33,750 nucleotides of DNA, from assembly GCA_031389635.1 (NCBI GenBank), contig JANMST010000262.1, positions 1-33,750 on the forward strand, given 5' to 3'. A program made the position numbers and the translations under genes. The notes under the pieces are model-generated. The model had not been told where the DNA came from. It did not search any database and saw nothing but the letters and a program-made list of their open reading frames with translations. The stretch is from Acidimicrobiia bacterium. GTDB taxonomy: Bacteria > Actinomycetota > Acidimicrobiia > Spongiisociales > ZC4RG35. Each line of letters begins with the position of its first letter. Position 1 is the first letter of the stretch. Positions 1 through 8,623 of the stretch are shown piece after piece.

Positions 1-153
1 GGGACCGTCACGCACCAGCAAACCCAACTCGGTGGCGAGCTCGGGCATGTCGTCATCGCCAAAGGCCCATGCCTCGTAGTCAACCTCGGTACCGGTGGCG
101 TCGGCGAAGGCCTCCCAGAATGCTCGCACTGAGGGGTGGTGTTCGTTGGACAT
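1..153 (-). CDS. ASCH domain protein, N-terminal 51 codons only (gene runs off the left edge)
   Basis: This ORF is too short to appear in the ORF track. The reverse-strand ATG at 153 reads MSNEHHPSVRAFWEAFADATGTEVDYEAWAFGDDDMPELATELGLLVRDGP. That matches the typical ASCH-domain N-terminus pattern FW..F....Y.AW.FG....ELA.LV..G. Confidence 0.5.
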   Translation of the reverse strand, partial: MSNEHHPSVRAFWEAFADATGTEVDYEAWAFGDDDMPELATELGLLVRDGP

Positions 154-270
154 GTCCCGGAACGCTAACGCCTTGATGGCTATCGGAAGCGGCGACGTAC
201 CATCGATGACCCGACAACAAGGATGCCGATGCCCGTGACCCTTCCACCCAGTGGTACCCGAGGCACCGAG

Positions 271-714
271 ATGCCGAAGTTTGCCCGGCCGTTGCTGAAG
301 GCCGGGATGGGCGTCAGCCACTTCATGTTCGGACTCCTTGGAGATCGAATGAAGATCCAGGGCCGGCCGCTCCTGATGGTGAAAACGGTTGGGGCCAAAA
401 CCGGTCAGGAGCGTCAGACGATCGTGGCCCGGTTCGAAGACCCCGGCCACCCCGGATCGTGGCTGGTGGTCGGGTCTGCAGGTGGTTCGGTCCGCCACCC
501 GTCCTGGTGCTACAACCTGGCCAAGAATCCAGATCAGGTTTGGATCACGGTGGCGAAAGAGGTCCACAAGGCCCACCCCGAGTCGCTCAAAGGCACCGAG
601 CGAGACGAGGCCTGGAAGCGGATCGTGTCCGTGGCGCCGGGTTTCGGGAAGTACGACACTTCCACCGACCGCCAGATGCCGATCATCCGCCTGAGCCCGG
701 AAAGCAAGGGCTGA
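271..714 (+). CDS. Nitroreductase-family deazaflavin (F420)-dependent oxidoreductase (DUF385-type)
   Basis: The ORF is 223..714 and the probable start is the ATG at 271 (MPKFARPLL). Diagnostic segments are GRPLLMVKTVGAKTGQERQTIV, VVGSAGGSVRHPSWCYNLAKNPDQVWITV and TDRQMPIIRL. Confidence 0.8.
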   Translation: MPKFARPLLKAGMGVSHFMFGLLGDRMKIQGRPLLMVKTVGAKTGQERQTIVARFEDPGHPGSWLVVGSAGGSVRHPSWCYNLAKNPDQVWITVAKEVHKAHPESLKGTERDEAWKRIVSVAPGFGKYDTSTDRQMPIIRLSPESKG

Positions 715-743
715 GAAGGGTCAAGCCTCCATCATGGAGTCGC

Positions 744-1781
744 TCACAGCTCTCGGTCCAGCATGTAGGGGATCAGCTCCTCGATGAAGTGGAGATCGTC
801 CGACGGGGCGAGGCCACGGAAGGCGGCGTCGAAACCTTCTCGGGCGGCGGCCGAGACACCCTTGGAGAACTCTTGGGCGAATTCGATGCTGCCGTGATCC
901 TTCATCAAGCTAAGGACGGTTCGAACCTCGGAATCGGACCGGTCCGATCGCCCGGCGGACAGGAACCCATTGAGCCACTCTTGTTGCCGATCATCAGCCA
1001 CCGACAGGAGGTGGAGGATCATCAAGGTGCGCTTGCCCTCATAGAGGTCGCCAAGAATCTCCTTGCCGTATCGCTCTGTCGTCCCTTCGAGATTGAGGAG
1101 GTCGTCGCGGATCTGGAACGCTGCCCCCAGGTGGAAGCCGAAGCGGGTCAAAGCGTCGAGATCGGCCGTGCCCCAGGAGCCGATCAGCCCTCCGATGCGG
1201 AGCGGGAAGATCGTGGAGTAAGAGCACGTCTTGAGCAGAACCATGTTGAGGTAGTCGGTCGGGGTCAGATCAACGACATTGTCCGACCGCCAGCCCAACT
1301 CGATCGCCTGACCTTCGATAGTCCTGTGCAACAGCAACTGGAACTCATCGAGGACCCGCTGGCTCATGTCGGAACCGAGCACCCCCAGGTTGTCGCGCAA
1401 CGGAGTCAGCCCGGCCACGGCCAGGCCGTCACCGGCATTTACGGCCAGGGCCACACCATGCTCGAGGTGAAGGGTTGGCAGTCCCCGCCGGCTGAGGCTT
1501 CCGTCTTCGATATCGTCGTGGACCAGGAAAGCGTTGTGGAGAAGCTCGATGGCCGCGGCCGACGGCATGGCCTCCTCGGTGGAACCGCCAAAGGCCCGAC
1601 AGGCAGCCACGCACAGACTCGAGCGGATGCCCTTGCCGATCCGGGAGGGGTAGGTAGCCATCAGGTCGTAGAGCCAGCGGCGGGGCTCACGATCGGGAAG
1701 GTACCGGGCCATCGCCGCGGCCATCAGCTCGCGGTGAGCGGACAGAGTGTCCTCTACGAAGCCTGTCGCCGATCCCGCCAC
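744..1781 (-). CDS. Polyprenyl (geranylgeranyl-type) diphosphate synthase family protein
   Basis: The first Asp-rich motif is LVHDDIEDGSLSRRG. The second motif region is FQIRDDLLNL, followed by a GK..GDL..GK tail. The start may be an internal Met (1724 or 1712), because 1781 overlaps the upstream gene by 28 nt. Confidence 0.9.
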   Translation of the reverse strand: MAGSATGFVEDTLSAHRELMAAAMARYLPDREPRRWLYDLMATYPSRIGKGIRSSLCVAACRAFGGSTEEAMPSAAAIELLHNAFLVHDDIEDGSLSRRGLPTLHLEHGVALAVNAGDGLAVAGLTPLRDNLGVLGSDMSQRVLDEFQLLLHRTIEGQAIELGWRSDNVVDLTPTDYLNMVLLKTCSYSTIFPLRIGGLIGSWGTADLDALTRFGFHLGAAFQIRDDLLNLEGTTERYGKEILGDLYEGKRTLMILHLLSVADDRQQEWLNGFLSAGRSDRSDSEVRTVLSLMKDHGSIEFAQEFSKGVSAAAREGFDAAFRGLAPSDDLHFIEELIPYMLDREL

Positions 1782-2428
1782 AGGTCCTCCTGACTCTCGC
1801 CGACGGCTCCAACTACCTCTACCTCGATCGTCATGAACTCGTCCGGCAGATTGTTGACGAACACGTACCCGCGATACCGGCCGGGGGCAGCGGCAAGGTC
1901 GATCGTCAATGTGACCGCGACCGCAACGCTGGAATTGGGAGGGGCGATATCGATTTCCGCAGGGTCGAACTCGAAGCCATCGGCCCGGATGGTTTCACCG
2001 TTGTGGCTCACGAGATCGGAGGAGCGGAGCCGCAAAGCCGGGGACGCCGATGAGGTCGTGTTGTGGACCCAGAGGGTCGAGGAGGCCCGGTGACCCGCCA
2101 GCACCGGTGGCAGCTTGAGGTGGCTGCCTTCGCCGGCGCCGTTGGTGGAGGACTCGTTTCCGAGCAGCCGGTCGACTGCGCCGGCGTAGAGGTCGAATGC
2201 CCTGCGAACCAGGTCGAGATTGGCATCGACTGCCCGGGCGAGATCGGCTCGCAACTGTCGGAAGGCCGCCCGCTGACCCCCGGAGGAGCCGGCATCCGCC
2301 CGGCCCCTTGTGGGCGGAGCGGTCTGGCTCATCGAGCTGATGAACCTTTCGACTACTTCCGCAGCTGCCTGGAAACCCAGGTCGCGGACCGACTTCACGG
2401 CCTCCTCGCTGCCTCCATCATCGGACAT
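1754..2428 (-). CDS. Hypothetical protein (helical N-terminal half, beta-rich C-terminal half)
   Basis: This 224-aa ORF is co-directional and tightly packed between the flavoenzyme and the polyprenyl synthase. Its composition is coding-like. I recognise no family. Confidence 0.6.
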   Translation of the reverse strand: MSDDGGSEEAVKSVRDLGFQAAAEVVERFISSMSQTAPPTRGRADAGSSGGQRAAFRQLRADLARAVDANLDLVRRAFDLYAGAVDRLLGNESSTNGAGEGSHLKLPPVLAGHRASSTLWVHNTTSSASPALRLRSSDLVSHNGETIRADGFEFDPAEIDIAPPNSSVAVAVTLTIDLAAAPGRYRGYVFVNNLPDEFMTIEVEVVGAVGESQEDLWRDRRQAS

Positions 2429-2476
2429 GTCGAAACGTCTTCCTTCCGAAATTCGCCGCCCCGGCGTGGTCGGAAT

Positions 2477-4618
2477 CTACTTGCCCCAGGCCATGTAGTA
2501 CCCGGCGATGCGGTGCGTGATCGGATTCCCGACAAGGGCGTTGGCGGCCTGGAAGCCAGACATCACAGCCGCCTCCAAGCACCCGGCATTGAGCCCGCAG
2601 TCGATCCAATCTCCAGCCAGGACCAGGTTGTCGTAGCCGCTGGCGTCGGTGCGGAGCCGGTACTTGTCGCTCCCCGGAAGTGACAGCACGTAGCGCTCGG
2701 AAGGATCCACATTGGCCCGCCAGAACTGGGAGTCGAACCGATCCTCGCCGGAGCGGTCGCCGCCGCCAACCAGCAGGTCCCATCGAAAGCTCTCCTCTTT
2801 CTCGTCCACCGCCCCGGGCCAAAAGTGTCGAACCCCGTCCCGGAGGAACGCCACGGCATTCTCACGGACTCTCTCGTGTTCTCGTTTTGGAAAGTCGTGA
2901 TCGTTGCGATCGGGAAGGCCAGCAGTCGGGAGCGTATTGCAGAAGTAGGTGACGGTTTGGGGCCGATCTCCTGCCGGCCAGTGCTCGACGGCCAATAGCT
3001 GGTCCATCGACGACCAGGTTTCAAACGGCTTCAGGAAGCCTGTCATCGTGACGCCTGGCCGATTCCACCCCAGCTCGGACGAGTCTGCCGTCAGCCACAG
3101 CTGGAAAACCTGGGTGGCCACGGTGCCTAGATGATCGACCATCGAGCGCCACCGCGGATTGGCCGTCACGATGTCCTCACAGATGTAGGGAATCATCCCG
3201 ACCGGTATTGCCAGGACGATCCGGTCGAAGTCCCTCCCGTTCTCCAACACGGTGATGCGGTCTTGACCGGCGTTCGACCAGATCGATTCATAGTCGAGCC
3301 GGGGATCGGCGACCTGGGCAAGATCAGGCTCTGACGGAAAGCACGGAAGCCCGCCCACCTCCACCAGCGGTTGGTAGCTGCCCGGACCGGCAGGCAACAT
3401 GACCTGCCGGCTGATCTCAACCGCTGCTATCGAGTCGCCCTCCGGTGAGGGGCGCAGGGCCTCGACGCGCGAGAAGAACTCAAAGCGGACCCCCCGGGCA
3501 GACAACGCCTCGTACAAGGGAGCCATGAGGACGTCGCCCATACCGCCGGCCAGCTTCCAGAAGATCGCCCCCCGGTATTCGAAGAAGAGCTTTCCCGACA
3601 GGAACAAGCCGAGTCCGGCCGCGAACCTGGGGCGGGCCGGGTCACCGTCCTGAAAACCGAACACGAGGTCATAGACCCCGCGCACCAACGGCGAGTCGAG
3701 GGTTTCGGGCGAAGCACCGTGTCGTTCCATCCAGTCCCGGTACTCCTCGTCGTTGATGGCGGAGAACCCCTTCGGGTGAGTGAGGAGACCGTCGGCCAGA
3801 ATTCCCCGCACCGTGGTGAACATGAGATCGGCCAGCGACCAAAGTTGTCGGGCCGCGTTGTCTTTCAACACCATCCCTCGCAGCCTCCGGTGAAGCTGAT
3901 TCAGAGCTTCGCCAAACGGTTCGAGGCCGGGGATCGTTCCTGCCAGCAACTGCTGTTCGGATCGAATGACGCTTATGCCCTGCATCGCGGCCGCTAGCAC
4001 CGAAGCCATCAGCTTCTTTCCCATGGAGGCGTCGATCCCCCAAGGGTTGGCTTCGTGCGGAGGAGTCGGGCTGGCGCTGATCGTGATCCGTCCCGACGGC
4101 ACCGACTGGTCTTCCAGGGAACCGTAAAAGTCGGCGAGGAGCCCCAACGATCGCCTGACGAAGTCGAGAACGCTCATCGGTCCGGATCGGGCATCCGGCT
4201 CCCCGGGGATCTCGTCGTTGGGCGAAAAGGTCGCCACCCAGTGGTCCCAGCGGCCGTCACGGAAGTCCTCGAGACCGATCTCGCTGGCCGGCTTGAAGGC
4301 GTCGGTCCACGTCTTGAACGGGGCATCGGGTCGCCGCGACTCCCGGTCCAGTTCCTCGTAGACCTCCCGCACCAGCCGGAAGGCGTTCTCGTAGTAGCCG
4401 AGCCAGACGTGAAGGCCGTGCTCCTCGATGCGGCCATTGGGGCCGCGGCTGGAGGCAGCTTTGCCTCCCAGGCGCCAGCTGCGCTCGTAGACCGTGATGG
4501 ACTGGAATCGGTCCTGCCAGCCGTGCTCACTCAGCCGCCAGGCTGCCGCCAGCCCGCCAACTCCCCCGCCGAGAATCGCGACTTTCTCCCTTGAACCGGA
4601 TGAAATTGCCTGATCCAT
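2477..4618 (-). CDS. FAD-dependent oxidoreductase, amine-oxidase / phytoene-desaturase-like (about 713 aa)
   Basis: The N-terminal dinucleotide fold is VAILGGGVGGLAAAWRL...YERSWRLGGK. The C-terminal signature is LVLAGDWIDCGLNAGCLEAAVMSGFQAANAL. The ATG at 4618 shares one nucleotide with the TGA of the upstream gene (TGATG on the reverse strand). Confidence 0.85.
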   Translation of the reverse strand: MDQAISSGSREKVAILGGGVGGLAAAWRLSEHGWQDRFQSITVYERSWRLGGKAASSRGPNGRIEEHGLHVWLGYYENAFRLVREVYEELDRESRRPDAPFKTWTDAFKPASEIGLEDFRDGRWDHWVATFSPNDEIPGEPDARSGPMSVLDFVRRSLGLLADFYGSLEDQSVPSGRITISASPTPPHEANPWGIDASMGKKLMASVLAAAMQGISVIRSEQQLLAGTIPGLEPFGEALNQLHRRLRGMVLKDNAARQLWSLADLMFTTVRGILADGLLTHPKGFSAINDEEYRDWMERHGASPETLDSPLVRGVYDLVFGFQDGDPARPRFAAGLGLFLSGKLFFEYRGAIFWKLAGGMGDVLMAPLYEALSARGVRFEFFSRVEALRPSPEGDSIAAVEISRQVMLPAGPGSYQPLVEVGGLPCFPSEPDLAQVADPRLDYESIWSNAGQDRITVLENGRDFDRIVLAIPVGMIPYICEDIVTANPRWRSMVDHLGTVATQVFQLWLTADSSELGWNRPGVTMTGFLKPFETWSSMDQLLAVEHWPAGDRPQTVTYFCNTLPTAGLPDRNDHDFPKREHERVRENAVAFLRDGVRHFWPGAVDEKEESFRWDLLVGGGDRSGEDRFDSQFWRANVDPSERYVLSLPGSDKYRLRTDASGYDNLVLAGDWIDCGLNAGCLEAAVMSGFQAANALVGNPITHRIAGYYMAWGK

Positions 4619-7600
4619 CAAGAGGAAGCAGCCGCCGCGGCCAGAGCTGCTGCCTGCTCAGCCTCCGGGTACTCGAGCGACACCGCCGCCAGTTCGGCGG
4701 CGAGGGCTTCCCGAGCAAGGGCCGGTCGCGACCCCGGGGGGAGAAGGAGGTGCATGTCGATCGCAGCTCGCACTTGAAAGAGGAAGGCGCCCTGATCGCG
4801 GGCGATTTGAAAAGCCTCGACCAGGTCGGCGGCCACTGCCGCGGTATCAACTTCGGCCGCTCGAGCCCTCACCCCGGCGCGCTTGCGGAGGGTCTCGGCC
4901 AGGTAATGCCGCTCCTGGAACTCCTCGCTGAGGCTCACCGCCTCGTCGAACAGGCCCAGAGCCCCGGTGATGTCGCCGAGTTGGGCGGTCAGTTCGGCTT
5001 CGGCCGTCACAAAGTACGGCTGGAAGGCCGAGACTCCCAGCTGAAGGAGCAAGCGGCGGGCCCCGGCGATCGCCGCCACCATCTCCACGGTGGGCTCGAG
5101 ATGAGCGGCCGCGATCAGCGCATGGATGGATCCCAAACCCTCCCACATGGCGAAGCCGTGCTCGGTGCCGATCGCCATCACGGACCGGAACTCGGCCACG
5201 GCCCGGCTCCAATCCCCTTCCAGCTGATACATGTACCCGAGGTAGGCCCGGCTATAGGCCTCGCTGAACGGTCCCGAGGGAAACCCGAGTTGGTAACTGG
5301 AATCGAGAGCTCTCGTGGCGGCTTCCGAGGCCTGCGATCTTTCACCCTGCACCCACAACACCGGAACGAGCTGGGAGTAGGCGGCCACCAGGGGACTGTT
5401 GGGAAGGGTCCATAACGGGGAGGTGAATCCCGCCGGCCGGGCCAGAAACATCTCGATCGCTCGCTCGAACAGTCGTCGCGCTCCGGCGTAGTCGCCCAGT
5501 CCGTATCGATGAAGCGCATCGGACACCGTCACCTCGGCCCCGTACAGCATCGCTTCGTCCGGACTGGCGTTGGCGAGCTGGGTATTCAAAGTGTCGATGA
5601 TCTCGCCCGCCCGGGTTCGGAGCCCGCGGACGGTGGCATAAGCCATGATCGCCAGTTGCACGCCGACACTTTCCGGACGGGGGCCGAGCGAATCCGTCAA
5701 CTCCAGCGCTGCCTCGAACTCTGCCCGGGCCCTCTCGGATCCGTACCCCGCGGTGGCCACCAGGCTCGCCGCCTTCAACATCCGCACCATCAACTCCGAG
5801 AGAGCGCGGGGCTCGCCTTCCGGCCAGTCCAGAACCAGTTCCAGCGCCCGGTCGAGCTTGCTGAGCGCTTCTGCATAGGCACCGGCCGACTGTGACGCCT
5901 GGGCCGCCCCGACATAGAAGCCGACGGCGTCGGGTCCCCTGCCGGCCTCGTCAAGGTGGAGGGCGATGACCCCCTGGTCGGGCGGCTCGGAACGACCAAG
6001 ACGACCGATCAAGGCATCGGCGACCTCGGAGTGCATCAAGCGGGCAGCATCGGTCAGCTGGGACTCATAGGCCGCGTCTCGAATCAAGGCGTGGCGGAAC
6101 GCATAGCGGCGCTCCGACCCGACGCCCTGAGTTTGGAGAATCCCGTGAGCGGTCAGGGAATCAAGCTCCCGCCGCAATTGCTCCTCTTCGACCCCCAGAA
6201 CATCCTTGAGCAAGTCGACCTCGATCCGACTCCCCATGACGGCGGCCGCCTGGGCGACCCCGATATCGGGGCCGGCCGCTTCGAGCCGGGCCATGAGCAG
6301 TTCGCGAAGGGTCACCGGGACGAGAGCCGGCCCGGCGCCGACGGCAACGTCGTCGAGCGCCCTCAAGAGTTCCTCGACGAACAACGGCACCCCGTCGCTG
6401 CGAGCAGCGATCTCAGTGACCACGGGCTCAGACAGGTCTCCGGTGCCGATCGATCGAATCATGCGATGCCGATCGGAATCACCCAGTGGCCGAACGTCGA
6501 TCGTGACCACGTTCAGCATGCCTTCCAGAGCCGAGAACTCCGGCCGGGCGGTGAGGACCAGAAGCAGGCCGGGCGGCGGGTCGGCGACGACTTGCTCGAT
6601 CACCTCCACTGTCGACGGTTCCGCCCAGTGGAGGTCCTCGATCAGGACGACTCGCGGCTCGGCGGCCGCCAGAACCTTCCACCAGGACTTAAAAACCTCG
6701 ATAGTTGTCTGCCGCAGCTTGAGCGCATCCAGGCGCGGTGAGGGATAGGGACCCGCTGGGTCCAGATCGATCGAAAGGATCGGAGCGAGATAAGGGATCG
6801 TCTCCGAACGATCCAGGCCCGCCTCGTCCATCTCGACTTCGAGAGCTTCCAACCGTTGACGATCGACGGTCTCTGGGGTGAAGCCGAGGCGACGGTTCAA
6901 CATGCGCGCCAGGGGGTAGAAGGCCGTCGACGAGTAGTAAGGCGAACAGCTTCCCTGGAGATGGCTGCCACCGGTCCGTGCCGAAAAGTCTCTGAGGTAC
7001 CGGGCCAACCGCGACTTTCCGATCCCGGCCTCACCGCGGATCAAAACCACTCCACCTGCGCCGCCTCTGGTCACATCCCAGAGATGCTGGAGCTGGCGAA
7101 TTTCCGATTGCCGACCAACCATCGGGGTGAGAGCACCCCGCTGGGCCTCAATCCGATCTTCTGCTTCGGTGACCCTGAGAACCTCGAGGAGCTCGACCGG
7201 CTTGCTCATCCCCCTCAGCTCGAATTGGCCCCTCGGCTGCAGATCGAAGTACCCCGAAATCAGTTCGGCGGTATCACGGCTGATCAGGGTCGAATTGGGG
7301 AGGGCCAGACCCTGGATGCGCGATGCCTGGGCAGGAGTGGAACCGGCAATCTCGGTGATGCCCCGCATCTGGCCCACGATGACCTCTCCGGTGTGGATCC
7401 CGACCCGGACCGAGAGGGCGACCCCGTATTTCTCCATCAACACCGGATTGAGTCCCTGCACCGCCTCGACGATCCCCAAACCGGTGTACACGGCCCGTCG
7501 GGCATCGTCCTCGTGGGCCAGGGGAAGCCCGAAGAGAACGATCAACCCGTCACCAAGGGACTTGTAGATGTATCCGTCGAAACGGCTGACAACCTGGTTG

Positions 7601-7728
7601 CAGGCGTCCTGGTAATTGACCACGACGTCCCAGAACTGCTCGCCAACGAGTTGCTCGGCAATATGGGTGGAGTCGACCAGATCGCAGAACAACACGGTCG
7701 GACGCCGTTGGATGATGCCGGTGGACAC
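4618..7728 (-). CDS. Class III adenylate/guanylate cyclase domain - AAA/STAND-like ATPase - TPR protein (1036 aa)
   Basis: Cyclase motifs are TVLFCDLVDST, YKSLGDGLIVLF and RVGIHTGEVIVG. Walker A is LIRGEAGIGKSRL and Walker B is VVLIEDLHWAEPST. The C-terminal half is a long alpha-helical, TPR-like region. Confidence 0.9.
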   Translation of the reverse strand: MSTGIIQRRPTVLFCDLVDSTHIAEQLVGEQFWDVVVNYQDACNQVVSRFDGYIYKSLGDGLIVLFGLPLAHEDDARRAVYTGLGIVEAVQGLNPVLMEKYGVALSVRVGIHTGEVIVGQMRGITEIAGSTPAQASRIQGLALPNSTLISRDTAELISGYFDLQPRGQFELRGMSKPVELLEVLRVTEAEDRIEAQRGALTPMVGRQSEIRQLQHLWDVTRGGAGGVVLIRGEAGIGKSRLARYLRDFSARTGGSHLQGSCSPYYSSTAFYPLARMLNRRLGFTPETVDRQRLEALEVEMDEAGLDRSETIPYLAPILSIDLDPAGPYPSPRLDALKLRQTTIEVFKSWWKVLAAAEPRVVLIEDLHWAEPSTVEVIEQVVADPPPGLLLVLTARPEFSALEGMLNVVTIDVRPLGDSDRHRMIRSIGTGDLSEPVVTEIAARSDGVPLFVEELLRALDDVAVGAGPALVPVTLRELLMARLEAAGPDIGVAQAAAVMGSRIEVDLLKDVLGVEEEQLRRELDSLTAHGILQTQGVGSERRYAFRHALIRDAAYESQLTDAARLMHSEVADALIGRLGRSEPPDQGVIALHLDEAGRGPDAVGFYVGAAQASQSAGAYAEALSKLDRALELVLDWPEGEPRALSELMVRMLKAASLVATAGYGSERARAEFEAALELTDSLGPRPESVGVQLAIMAYATVRGLRTRAGEIIDTLNTQLANASPDEAMLYGAEVTVSDALHRYGLGDYAGARRLFERAIEMFLARPAGFTSPLWTLPNSPLVAAYSQLVPVLWVQGERSQASEAATRALDSSYQLGFPSGPFSEAYSRAYLGYMYQLEGDWSRAVAEFRSVMAIGTEHGFAMWEGLGSIHALIAAAHLEPTVEMVAAIAGARRLLLQLGVSAFQPYFVTAEAELTAQLGDITGALGLFDEAVSLSEEFQERHYLAETLRKRAGVRARAAEVDTAAVAADLVEAFQIARDQGAFLFQVRAAIDMHLLLPPGSRPALAREALAAELAAVSLEYPEAEQAAALAAAAASS

Positions 7729-7780
7729 GGGAGAATGGTATGCAGCCCCGACCGGGGGTGCTCCCCCTGGACCGGATTCG

Positions 7781-8329
7781 CTAGAAGTCGACGTAGATGT
7801 TGTAGCTGACCGGGGGCATCGCTGCTGCCGAGCCGATCGTCAACGTGCCTTCGTAGAGGCCTCTGGGCCTCCCACCTGCCTCGATCCGGAGATCCAATTG
7901 CGTCGGGTCAGCCCGGTCACGGACGACCTTGACCTGGGTGGCGGCGATCGTTATTTGGGCCTCACCGCGCCGCCGCAAACCCTGGGGGAAGATGTCGCCG
8001 GTAGCGGCGACAGGACCGATCCTGGCGGAACATGGATTAGAAGAAGGTGGCAGTTCCACCGGAAGCGGTGATGTATCCGGGACCTTGGATTGGCGCCACG
8101 CCAACACATCGAACATCGACCACGTAACTTCGAACAGGCGGGCGCCGTCCCGAACCGCCCGGTTCCAGCAGCGTCCGAGTTCCTGCAGCGGATCAACGTC
8201 GTCATTCGGGTCTGCAACTCTCGACACGAGAGAGGCGGCATGGCGTGCGTGGCCAGCTATCGAGTCGTTCACGACGGAGATCAGAGAGCGGGTGGATTCG
8301 AGAAGTTCGCCCTCTTCTGGCTCGGTCAT
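7781..8329 (-). CDS. Hypothetical protein (182 aa)
   Basis: This lies within ORF 7781..8425. The ATG at 8329 overlaps the TGA of the upstream 93-aa ORF as ATGA. The C-terminal half is beta-rich (GLYEGTLTIGS...VSYNIYVDF). Confidence 0.6.
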   Translation of the reverse strand: MTEPEEGELLESTRSLISVVNDSIAGHARHAASLVSRVADPNDDVDPLQELGRCWNRAVRDGARLFEVTWSMFDVLAWRQSKVPDTSPLPVELPPSSNPCSARIGPVAATGDIFPQGLRRRGEAQITIAATQVKVVRDRADPTQLDLRIEAGGRPRGLYEGTLTIGSAAAMPPVSYNIYVDF

Positions 8330-8607
8330 GGCGACCCGGCTGCTTTGTCCTCTTCGGCCACCTTTCCCAGAAAGTCCCGAACCAGCACGATTGAGCTCGC
8401 CACATCCTTGGTCGCCCGTGCCCAAAACAGGGCGGCATCCCGGGCCAGATGCTTCGGGTCGTAGTCGCCGCTAGTGACCTCTTTCCAGACCCCCATCGCC
8501 TGGTCACCGGTTCGCTGGAGCGAATCCGAGGCGAGCTTGAGAAGGCCTTCTATCAGTGGTCCTACGTCGGGGATCTTGCTCTCGTCGATCGACTCGCCTG
8601 ATGTCAT
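8326..8607 (-). CDS. Hypothetical small protein (93 aa)
   Basis: An AGGAGG RBS sits 5 nt upstream of the ATG at 8607. Its stop overlaps the start of the next gene (ATGA). It lies 16 nt downstream of the preceding gene. Confidence 0.6.
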   Translation of the reverse strand: MTSGESIDESKIPDVGPLIEGLLKLASDSLQRTGDQAMGVWKEVTSGDYDPKHLARDAALFWARATKDVASSIVLVRDFLGKVAEEDKAAGSP

Positions 8608-8623
8608 GTCGGCCTCCTGATCC

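Noticed and set aside
459-1793. A 444-aa ORF on the + strand
   Set aside because: It is antisense to the well-supported polyprenyl synthase gene. It is Arg/Gly/Pro-rich with no motifs, which is the typical shadow ORF of GC-rich DNA.
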